Source: Eledone cirrhosa (Eukaryota). From it: a stretch of 64,000 nucleotides of DNA. The stretch is taken from positions 341,868,001 to 341,932,000 of the forward strand of contig OZ024741.1 in NCBI GenBank assembly GCA_964016885.1, in the 5' to 3' direction. Shown here in pieces: positions 25,151 through 36,592 of this stretch. Position numbers and translations under genes: made by a program. The notes below the pieces were generated by a model. The model worked only from the letters and a program-made list of their open reading frames with translations. It was not told the DNA's origin and searched no databases. Every line of letters begins with the position of its first letter. Within the stretch, counting starts at the first letter, position 1.

Positions 25151-27414
25151 GGAACAAGTATGACCCCGACGGCAGAGCTCAAGACGTTTCGACGGCTAAT
25201 TCTGGACTAAATAAGAATTTTTAGCCTGGTAAATAAATAGCCGAACTTCTCAGGGGGGAATTCCTTATATGGGAAGATAGTAATTGTCAAAAGGATTGGT
25301 CAAAAATTTGTTGTAAAGACAGATGATTCTATCATGGCATTTGGTGGGAGGTAGGGGTAGCTGAACTTGCCGGTAGAACAAAGAGGGAGTGGGGGAAACC
25401 CAGTCAAGCGTTGAAAGTGAAATCTATACAGCAGATTCTAAGGATAGTGTATAGAAGGTTGAAAAAAGTGTACTAGAGAAGGGGAGGGGGAGTTGAAAGA
25501 ATAGGTAAATTGAAAGGGAGTAAACAAAAAAAACATTATAAAAATAAGGAAATAAATATATAAAAAACAATTTCTGGTTACTACTCCATTTCCACAATCA
25601 CCAAATCTCTCACTGGTATTGCTAAGCTATAGAAAAGTTTAATAGGTGGAGAAAAATACTAAATACGAGATTGTAGTGAAAGAATTTTATAAAGCCGGCT
25701 TTACAGGGGGTCTAACACCACTGCTATAGATAGTTAGTAATCAGCCAATGCTATCTTACAATGACAGGTTAATAAGTTGAGAACAAAAATACTAAAATAC
25801 TACTACAAAAATAATAATACGAAATATTAATTCAGAATACTAATACAGAAATACTAATACAAGAATACTAATACAAAAATACCACTAAGAAATTTAGAAA
25901 TCACAGAAATGGAGCAGCAACCAGAAAGAAAACAATATAATGGGGTCTAACACATCTGCTATAAAAAGCGTAATCGGCCAATTCTATCTTAAAATTAGGA
26001 GGGTGGGGGTACTGAGCCTACAGAGGACCGATGGGCTGCATCGGGGTAGGCGAGAAGATGAAAAAAAGACAAGGAAGGAGATCTGGGGTGGAAGGACTAG
26101 GAAGCGATGGGGGAAGAAGGAAATATAGACGAAAAGATAAAAAAAAGTTACGTCTACCTATGTAAGCAGGGGTTACCCCTTACAAAATCGGCAAGTGGGG
26201 TGTTTCAGCCCTTGTCTACCCCCCCCCCCCCGGTCATTATGGGGTTTGAGGGCGAGGTAAGTCCTACGCAATCTGTGTTTGCATGCAGTTACCAGTTCGT
26301 CTTTCTTGTTTAGGAGTTGGTCCTTCGAAAACAACATTTGTAATGTTTCCTCCGAGCATAAGTTACACGGACGGCGTCCTCCCGTGTAAGAGTTAGCTCT
26401 GGACAGTAAGCTCCAAGTGAGATTGTAGGTTATATTATTATCTTTGAGGTCCCAGATGTGGCCCGAAAGTGTAGTGGCATGACACCGGGCCGGGTTTCGG
26501 AAAGTTTATCGGTGTAGGTAGAGCCGAGTCTTGAAGTCACAAGCAGTTAATCCTATATAAGCTTTGTTGAGGGTGTCCGTCCTCACGTTGCACTGGTAGA
26601 TCACATTACGATCTCGGTATCTGTTGTTGAGGGGGCCAAGGGATCTATCAGGACAGTTACACCTCCTGGTCGGCTCTCCACTGCTGTCTAGGTTATTTCT
26701 TCCATAGGGGTTGAGTTTTTTGTTGTTAGAGGAGACGATGTTTTGTGCGAAGTTAGGTGTGGTGCTGTAGGAGAGTTTGATGGTGTTTTTGTTGATTATG
26801 TTGTAGTGGCGGTATTGTAGTGGGAAGTGGTTTTTGGTGAGCCTAAAGAAGATTTTCCCGATAGGTGTTGTCACCTCGGCATTGTGGGTAGGATTAAACC
26901 ACGTTACGTTGCGTGAGTGGCGGTGTCGCCTGCTGGTTCCACTAATGGAAGCTGGATAATAAGTTAAGCAAAACGCGAGACTTAGCCTATGGGTCAACAC
27001 CCAGGAAGTAATCTCATGGTTCAGCAATATGGAGGACAAACGAGACACAAAATTCATCCAGTTTGACATAGAGAGTTACTATGCATCAATTACCTTACCG
27101 CTCCTTACGGCCGCCTTGGACTTTGCCGAAACACTCACGCCCATCACCGACCAGGTGATGGGCGTGAGTGTTTACAACAAATTTTTGACCAATCCTTTTG
27201 ACAATTACTATCTTCCCATATAAGGAATTCCCCCCTGAGAAGTTCGGCTATTTATTTACCAGGCTAAAAATTCTTATTTAGTCCAGAATTAGCCGTCGAA
27301 AGGCTTGAGCTCTGCCGTCGGGGTCATACTTGTTCCTATTACCCACTCTACTACCCTAAGTATTGAGTACTTTGGTGCGTTATGGTCCATCTGGTTCCTT
27401 ACCACATTTCCTTC

Positions 27415-27418
<4 letters not shown>
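25148..27418 (-). mobile_element. Penelope-like element (Naiad-like), truncated, with inverted terminal repeats (~25148-25317 / ~27171-27340)
   Basis: Minus: WFNP..IGKIFF..NHFP..KLSYS..CNC..VIYQC..YIGLT..FKTR..CNLCSEE..CKHR (GIY-YIG). Plus 26955-27150: inverted RT piece FIQFDIESYYASI. Confidence 0.85.
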
Positions 27419-27469
<51 letters not shown>

Positions 27470-27929
27470 GAAAATGAACAAAAATGAACAAAACACAAGT
27501 TATATTAGGTTCACACTTGGTGGAAGTGGAGGAGGTTTCATATATATATATATGTATTTGTATTGGTGCTCCAGCATAGTGATCATCATCATCATCATCA
27601 TTTTACGTCCGCTTTTCCCTGCTTGCAAGGGTGGGATATACATATAAATGTACGTATTGTATATTTAATAATATACAGGATGTTTATGAAATGTTAATGT
27701 TTTGACCATCGTCACATACTTAGCTTCAGCAAAAATATGAGGAAGTAATCGACGATGCGATCATTTCTCACTTGTTAGTGTCTATCAAGATTACATATCT
27801 CACTGCCTTTCCTGTAAACTAAAGTAAGCTAGATTCTTATTGAATATATTAATTTTCTTAAAGCTAAATAGTGAGTCTTGTTACTCTTGAGTTTCACCTG
27901 CTTTTCACAGCCATCAACCACATACAAAT

Positions 27930-27963
<34 letters not shown>

Positions 27964-28257
27964 TGTATGAATCGAAGTTGTAGCTGCAATATAGTATGTA
28001 CTAATCGAATTGTTTGAGGCTATTACAAAGCATTCAATGGAGCGAGAAGTTAATACAGTATCGTCCAGAGTAAACGCAAAAGTTAAAAAGTGTTCCACCA
28101 AAAAAATGACTGAAGGCAGTGGCCATACATTACAACAATGATAAATACAGTGTGATTCTGTATTATGGAAAAACGAGCTCACTAAATGTAAATATCAATC
28201 TAAGTTATCAATGCAAACTATGAAACTACTAGTTCCATATATACATATGTATATATA

Positions 28258-29013
28258 TCATCATCATCATCATCATCATTTTACGTCCGCTTTTCCCTGC
28301 TTGCAAGGGTGGGACGGGTCTTATTCAGCACAGCATCTCTCCACTTGTCACGGTCCTTCGTCATCTCCACCGTGAACTTCAGCGATCTGAGGTCTGTTCT
28401 CACCACCTCCGCCTCCATGTTTTTCGTGGTCTACCTCTACCACGTCTTCTTTCAACTGGCATTTCCTGGCACTTCTTCAGCCATCGGTCATCCTCCATGC
28501 GCATCACATGTCCATACCACCTCAGTCTCCTCTCTCGCATACTACATTCTATCCCTCTGAGACACAGTTTCTCTCTCAACACATTCATGCTGGGTCGTTC
28601 ACGTACATTGACATTGCACATCCAACGGAGCATGCTTGCCTCATTTCTCTCCAGCCGTCGCATATCCTCTTCAGTTGCTGCCCAAGTCTCACTACCATGC
28701 AGCATTGCACTCCTCACACAGGCATCATATAACCGGCCTTTCATACGCAGGGAGAAACCCTTCTTCGTCAGCAGAGGAAGTAGCTCCCTAAACTTCTTCC
28801 AACCCGTCCTTATTCTAGATACTATGGCCTCGGAACACCCTCCCATGCTAATCTGATCTCCTAGGTACCGGAAGCTATCCACCACTTCTATAGCACCCGC
28901 CTGCATTTGAAAAATGTGTCTATCAATGCGACTTCTACTGTCTAATTTCCCTGTACATCTACTGCATACGTATTTCTCCCTACCTGTTAGTTTGCCTGCT
29001 ATCCCACTACATC

Positions 29014-29014
<1 letters not shown>
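28258..29014 (-). mobile_element. RTE family A 3' fragment
   Basis: Near-identical to 7092-7840. Confidence 0.95.
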
Positions 29015-29594
<580 letters not shown>

Positions 29595-29614
29595 TGAATA
29601 TAAAATGAAAGTGC

Positions 29615-29652
<38 letters not shown>

Positions 29653-29720
29653 CATATGTATATACATATCTATACACACATGTCATGATGATGATAATGA
29701 TGATGATGACATGTGTGTAT

Positions 29721-29758
<38 letters not shown>

Positions 29759-29822
29759 GTGTGTACATATATATATATATACATATGTGTATATATGTAT
29801 ATATATGTATACATATGTGTGC

Positions 29823-29856
<34 letters not shown>

Positions 29857-29912
29857 TTCGTTTCTGAATTTGTTTAGCAAGATTCTTTATCTGAAATCGT
29901 GTGTTGAAACCG

Positions 29913-30420
29913 ATATTGTTATACTTTGGGAGGGTCATGTTGCCAATAAGAAACACACGCACCAGTTGCTTTCACTTCAATTTAATTTATTAAATATTTA
30001 TAAATTTACAAATTTATAAATTTCTGGTTGGTTGGTTGGTTCCACAACCAGATAGTTGTTTATATATATATAGTCATAGTTCTTTCGTCACACACTCTGT
30101 GACCTCTTCAGTGACTGGGGATTTCTTTCTTCGTTTCTGTGCCTTTCCTTTCTTCTATCCTACGCCAGAAAAATGGCGTAGGATAGAAGAAAGGAAAGGC
30201 ACAGAAACGAAGAAAGAAATCCCCAGTCACTGAAGAGGTCACAGAGTGTGTGACGAAAGAACTATGACTATATATATATAAACAACTATCTGGTTGTGGA
30301 ACCAACCAACCAACCAGAAATTTATAAATTTGTAAATTTATAAATATTTAATAAATTAAATTGAAGTGAAAGCAACTGGTGCGTGTGTTTCTTATTGGCA
30401 ACATGACCCTCCCAAAGTAT

Positions 30421-30428
<8 letters not shown>
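29913..30428. mobile_element. Head-to-head palindrome of a Penelope-like 3' terminal repeat (255-bp arms, 6-nt loop)
   Basis: Arms 29913-30167 and 30174-30428; homologous to 49032-49275. Confidence 0.9.
30225..30269 (+). ncRNA. Hammerhead-like motif in PLE terminal repeat (mirror 30072-30116 minus; paralogue 49177-49219 minus)
   Basis: AGUCA-CUGAAGA-g-GUCACA gagug UGUGAC-GAAAG aa CUA/UGACU; extra base after A9, very short stem III. Confidence 0.55.
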
Positions 30429-30475
<47 letters not shown>

Positions 30476-30734
30476 CACATAAAAAAAGAAAATGTTCACT
30501 CTACATGGCTGAATACAATAAATGTAATCTGAGTTTTTCGAATATTAATAATAATATTCGATTCATTTGCAATTATGCAAACAAGTCTCATTTTTATAGC
30601 CATATCAGTAGAATGAACTCTTAATTCTTGCTTTTGTGCTGGCATGTAAACAGAACTGACTGCCGATCAGTCACTGTATATTTTAGAAAATAGCATATAT
30701 TTTCACTAGCTTTGACAGTTGGCAAGTGAACAGT

Positions 30735-30784
30735 GAGCTGTACTGATGAAGGGTGATACCTAGAAACATTAGTGTCTGCAGTTC
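30735..30784 (+). ncRNA. Type-I hammerhead ribozyme within an imperfect fold-back element (30554-30880)
   Basis: GAGCUGUA-CUGAUGA-aGGGU gau ACCUa-GAAACAUUAGUGUC/UGCAGUUC; 8-bp stem I, GUC triplet, near-palindromic stem III. Confidence 0.7.
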
Positions 30785-30888
30785 TGTTTACATGCTAACA
30801 CAAGAGCAAGAATGAAGAGTTCATTCTACTATGGCTATAAAAATGAAGCTTGTTTGCATAATTGCAAATGAATCGAATATATACATAC

Positions 30889-30949
<61 letters not shown>

Positions 30950-30951
<2 letters not shown>

Positions 30952-31084
30952 ATATTTCTCGGCGTCAAAGATGCTACTTTTTTCCTAAAATAAATCTCAA
31001 AAATCTACCATGCGTCCTGGAGGCCGAAGGTTGTTTATTATTTTTTTTTTATTTTTGGTTAAAATTTCGGCGCCGGGAAATATG
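30950..31084. mobile_element. pogo/Tigger-like MITE, truncated paralogue of 60667-60832
   Basis: Shared aaataaatctcaaaaatctaccatgcgtcctggaggccgaaggttgttt. Confidence 0.7.
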
Positions 31085-31231
31085 TATGTATATATATATA
31101 CATACATATGTATCTATAGATACATATGTATCTATATATACAGGTGTATATATATATACATGTGTATATATATATACATGTGTATATATATATACATGTG
31201 TATATATATATACATGTGTATATATATATAC

Positions 31232-31306
<75 letters not shown>

Positions 31307-31308
<2 letters not shown>

Positions 31309-31402
31309 CATAAATTCAGGCTGTTCGTTTGTTTACAAACGGACAAAGCGGGCGTTATAATAAACGTCCGCTAAACTGATACGTACATATATGTATGTGT
31401 AC

Positions 31403-31501
<99 letters not shown>

Positions 31502-31992
31502 TGCTACTGTACGTCTGTATACATATATGTATGTACGTATACATACATACTTACATTTAAGTAAGTGCCGTACTAAGAGTGAGAAATGAAATTTCGTTTT
31601 CATTCTATTACAACTTATCGTTTTCGGTGCGCCTGGCCGACTAAACTCACTCGATATGCAAATTAAGCTGCTCAGCCGTTAATTTTCATAAGGAAAGTAT
31701 ATACTTTCGAACGTTCAACCATCTGGTAGAAGGGTATACGGTGCTGATGATAGCTAAGAAGCTTGAAACTAGTACATCGTTCCTGTGTCAGTGTTGAACA
31801 AAAAGGTGACGTGGTTGCCTTAACACCGTACGGCATAAATTCAGGCTGTTCGTTTGTTTACAAACGGACAAAGCAGGCGTTATAATAAACGTCCGCTAAA
31901 CTGATATGTATGTGTACCTGTATGTATATATATATATATGCATGCTACTGTACGTCTGTATACATATATGTATGTACGTATACATACATACT

Positions 31993-31998
<6 letters not shown>
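31307..31998 (+). mobile_element. Retrozyme-like non-coding partial tandem (period 525 including a TA expansion) with HHR at 31738-31780
   Basis: ggcataaattcaggctg at 31307 and 31832; ACGGUG-CUGAUGA-uAGCU aaga AGCUu-GAAAC ua GUA/CAUCGU. Confidence 0.75.
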
Positions 31999-32057
<59 letters not shown>

Positions 32058-32305
32058 ATATATATATATGTGTGTGTGTGTATATATATATATATGTGTG
32101 TGTGTGTATATATATATGTGTGTGTGTGTATATAATATATGTGTGTGTGTATATATAAATATATGTGTGTATATATATATGTGTGTGTATGTGTATGTAT
32201 ATATATATATGTATGTGTGTATGTGTGTATAAATATGTGTGTGTGTGAGAGCTCTGGCCGTTTCGACAGCTAGATCCAAACACACAAATATATATACATA
32301 TACAT

Positions 32306-32354
<49 letters not shown>

Positions 32355-33155
32355 GTTATATATGTGTCGGTATATACACATATATCCAAGAAAGAACATC
32401 GTTATATGACGTAAACTGTAAATGAATGGATTGAAATTTGCAATTAACTTCAATGAATGTTAATGGCAGTAAATTAAAGAGATCTGAGACTATTGGTGGA
32501 GAAGTTATAACATAAGCGGACATTTTAATTGTAGAAAATAGCCATATTGAATTTAGATTTGTTCATTAGAATTCTTTGATTGTATCTGTTATGCCATTTG
32601 GTCCAATTAGACATGTATTTTTACAACAGTTACTTGGGAGAGAGAAAAGGAACTCGTTGATGGGCAGGAAATACTTCATCACCACATACTAATATACACA
32701 TATATATATATATACACACACATATACATATACATACACACAATTGGGAGACAAAAAAGGAATTGGTAGATGAATATGAAGAAATCCATCACCACACATA
32801 TCCATATATATATATGTATATATATATATAGATATACATATACATATATACATATATATACATATATATACATATATATACAAATATACATATATATATA
32901 TATGTATAGATAGATAGATAGATAAATTTCTATTTATTTGCCACGAGGGCACAAAAGAAGGGGACAAATACACAGTGGGGGAGTTTACATAAATCGAGTA
33001 AAGAAAAAGGAATAACAATAATAATATAATAATAAAAAGTCCTCAAAAGGGAGGGGGCGTGTTCGGGATTGCACATACCCCCGAAAAGTGTGCAACCCTT
33101 TTCGCGGGGGAAGCCCAGAGAGGAGGCGCTCCCCCTTTCCTCTTCACTTCTTCAC

Positions 33156-36100
33156 CTACAGAACAATGTAGAGAGAAGGCCCATTTACACGAGCCATTCT
33201 CGCTTCTTTCACCCACCTTTCATAAAACTGTCTGGGGCCAAGCACTTCTCTCTCCATCCTGATCCTTCTTCCGAAGTGGTATCGGAAGAAGTAAACCAGG
33301 TGATGGCCGGAGAGAAAGTCACCCGACCTCAGACCTTTCAGGCGCGTCCACCACACAACCTCTTTCATCATGGCTATTACGCACAGAAAGACCGCCTCTG
33401 CTTCGTTTCTGAAGGGAGGCGGCGGCTTGATGTTCACCACAGACTCGGTGGTTAATCGAATCGGCGCCACACGCGACAGCAGTCGTTCGACGTAGCCCCA
33501 CAGATCGGCAACGCCCGGGCAGTGTACCAGTGCATGCGCAACGGTTTCCTCGTCGCGCACGCATCTGGGACAGATCTTTTTCGCTGGATCCCTGCCCGGA
33601 CGCCCGTGTCTGTATAGCTTTTCTCGAACGGGCAGAGCCCCCCGGTAACACTGCCAGGCTAGGGACCTCTGGAAGTTGTCCATGAGTCCCGGGCCGAAAG
33701 TTCTACCGAACAGGCTGGCCAGTTCGTCCTCCTTCATGCCTAGCGACTCTCCAAGGGTGTCGTCGCCCCTGCTAGCCACCAGCCCTCTATAGAATGTCGA
33801 GGTGGATTCTCCACTGACAGTCGGGTCCGCTTGCCAGATAGCCGTGAGCGCCTAGGCACACTCGGTGTGCCAGTTGCCCAGTTTTCTCGGTCTTTGCTTC
33901 ACCCAGGATTGCAGCTCGGTGAGCGAGACGAGCTGTGGGAAGGCTCGCCTCACAAACGGGGCCCACACCGGCTGACCGGTGAGGAATACCTGTAGATGCC
34001 GTAGCCTCAATGCGTGCCTACGCATCAACAGCCACGGCATATCCAGCCCTCCTTTCGAAGGGTGCTGGCAGCAGATGGATCTCCTCACCATGGGAGGCCG
34101 CTTCTTCCAGAGGAACTGGAAGAGCATGCGTTCCATGATGGTGATCTTTTCCTTGGGGCAAGGCACGACGGTCAGGCGGTAGCATATGACGGACGCTATG
34201 TAAGCGTTCGTCACCTCCGCCCGACCTTTCAGTGATAGTTTGCACTTGGCCCACTTCTGGGTCAGCGCAAACACCCTGCTCGTCACCTCGCCCCAATTCT
34301 TCTCCACCTGGAGGTCCGGTCCGAACCAGACCCCGAGCAGCTTCACCGGGCCCTCCGTCCACCGCCCAACGACACCGTCTAACGGCATCGGTTTGCCCCT
34401 CCACGTTCCGAGTTGCAAACCGACTGACTTGTCCCGGTTCAGCCTAGCCCCCGTCAGCCTTTCGTATTCCTCCAGTAGGGTGGCGATCGCCCCGGTTTCC
34501 GAGGCGTCCGCCACCATTACTGTTACGTCGTCGGCATAGGCCGAGACCGCTTTGTGCAATCCCGGTTCCAGGGGTATGCCCCGCAGCAACTCCAACTTCC
34601 GCACAGCAGTGGCTCGAGAGTCAATACGTACAGAAGGGAGGAGAGGGGGCACCCCTGTCTGATGGACCGGGTGATTTGAAACGGCTCCGAGAGGTAGCCG
34701 TTTACTTTAATCCTAGAGTAGATGTTGCCACTGTGCATGGCAGAAATCCAGCCCCTGAAAACGGGTCCGAAGCCCGCCGCCGCTAGCACCGCATCCAGGT
34801 AACCATGGTCGACCCTATCGAACGCCTTAGATTGATCCAAGTTGATCAGGGCCCCACCAAAGCCGGGTTCGTTGCCAACCCTCTCTATGATGTATCGCAT
34901 GAGGTGGAGGTTGTCGTGAATGGACCTGGACGGGATAGCGCATGTCTGCGCGTCTCCCACCAAACCACCCACCACAAGCGCCAACCTCTTCGCCAACACC
35001 TTGGCCAAAATCTGTAACTCTGCATTCAGCAGAGTTATGGGCCTAAAGTTACTTAAGTCGTCCCCCTTGCTCTCGTCCTTCCTCACTAGCGTGACCACGC
35101 CCTTGGTCACAGAACAGGGAATTCTCCCGTTCTGTTGCCAGTTACAATAGACAGCCTCGAGGAGTTCGGAGAACAAGACCGGCATAGCTAAATAAAGTTC
35201 GTATGGTAGACCATCGAGACCCGGAGATTTGCGTCTGCTGCATTGGCTGAGCGCTTCCCCGATTTCAGTGGCTGTGATTGGCCTTTCGCAGCACTCTGCT
35301 TCGCCGCTCGAAAGACGCGGTAGACCGTCGAGGTATGGACCGAAGTCCACATCCCCGTCCGGCCCCCCGCCCCCTCCGAACAGTCGAGCAAAGTGCCTTT
35401 GAAAGGCCTCGCACATCCGCTCAGGTTCAAGGATCACCCGTCCATCCTGGTCTCGCAAAGACCGAATGGTGGATTTAATCCCACTCTTGGCTTCTGTCAC
35501 GCGGCCCCAGCTAACAGCTTTGGTCCCCTCGTTTCCTAAAGCACGTATTTTACTTCGGACAACGCAGCCTTCGTGCTTCGCGTCAAAGAACTGGCTCAAC
35601 GCCGTTCTCGCCGCTAACACTCTGGCTACGTCTCCGCTCCTAATCGCCTCTTCTAGTTTATCTGTTAACTCCCTTTCCTTCCTATTTCTATTCGCCGCTA
35701 GTTCCTTACTGTAACCTATCGAACTTACTCTAATCTCTCTCTTTAGAGATACCCACCACCTACTGTTGACGATCGCTCCCGTCAACCGCATCTTAACTAA
35801 GCTACTAATCCGGTTCCTGTAATCTTTCTTTGCCGGCAAGGACAAGTTCATCTTCCAGTAACCGGGACCCTGTCTATGCGTTCTATCAAGGTTAACCACG
35901 CAGGTCACTAATTTGTGATCTGAATAGCCAACCATGATCAATTCTGGACAACTAAATACTCCTAACCAAAAACCTATCTAGGTACGATCTAGATTGTCCA
36001 CTGCGGTTTGCCCAGGTCCAGGTTGGCGCAGTTGGACAATCTAGTCAAAATCTATCGACCAGGTCGAATCGATCGAGTAACCCCTTGAGGCTGCTACACC

Positions 36101-36587
36101 CCCCTCTATCGGGACATGCCCCTGCATAGTCCCAACGCGCATCTAGGATTCCATTCCAGTCCCCCACTAAAAGCAGGGAACGCGACGTTCCTAGAAAAGT
36201 CTCCAGTCGCTGGAAGAAGTCGGCTCTTTCAGCCCCGAAGGGGGCATAAAGACCGACCAGTCTGAAAGCCCCGCCTTCACCGCCTCCGACGTCCAGCACC
36301 AGTAATCGACCCCCCGGGTCCGAGTGAACAATCTGTACGTCGAGAGCCAGATGTTTATCCAGCAGTACGGCAACTCCCCCTCCCCCCCCCCCCCCCCCGC
36401 CTCCGGGTTGACAGAGAGATGCGTGCATCTCAAAGTCATCGAAGGCGGGAGCCAGCTGTCGCACGCTGCTGATCCGACTCTCGCAAACAACCATCACATC
36501 TATACTTCGTGACCTGAGGTCACTTAGTAGCTTTGCTTGCTTCCAAGCTGAGCCCAGGCCACGCGCGTTCAAACAGCCAACTCTCAA
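33156..36587 (-). pseudogene. ORF2 (AP endonuclease + reverse transcriptase), broken by stops and frameshifts near 36045, 34600 and 33852
   Basis: [78 protein letters not shown]. Confidence 0.92.
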
Positions 36588-36592
36588 TTGAT

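Noticed and set aside
26300-26950. Selenocysteine-encoding Naiad (reported for some Naiad PLEs)
   Set aside because: Conserved Cys codons I could read here and at 44.0-44.4 kb are TGT/TGC or missense; stops seen are TAA or TGA at non-Cys positions
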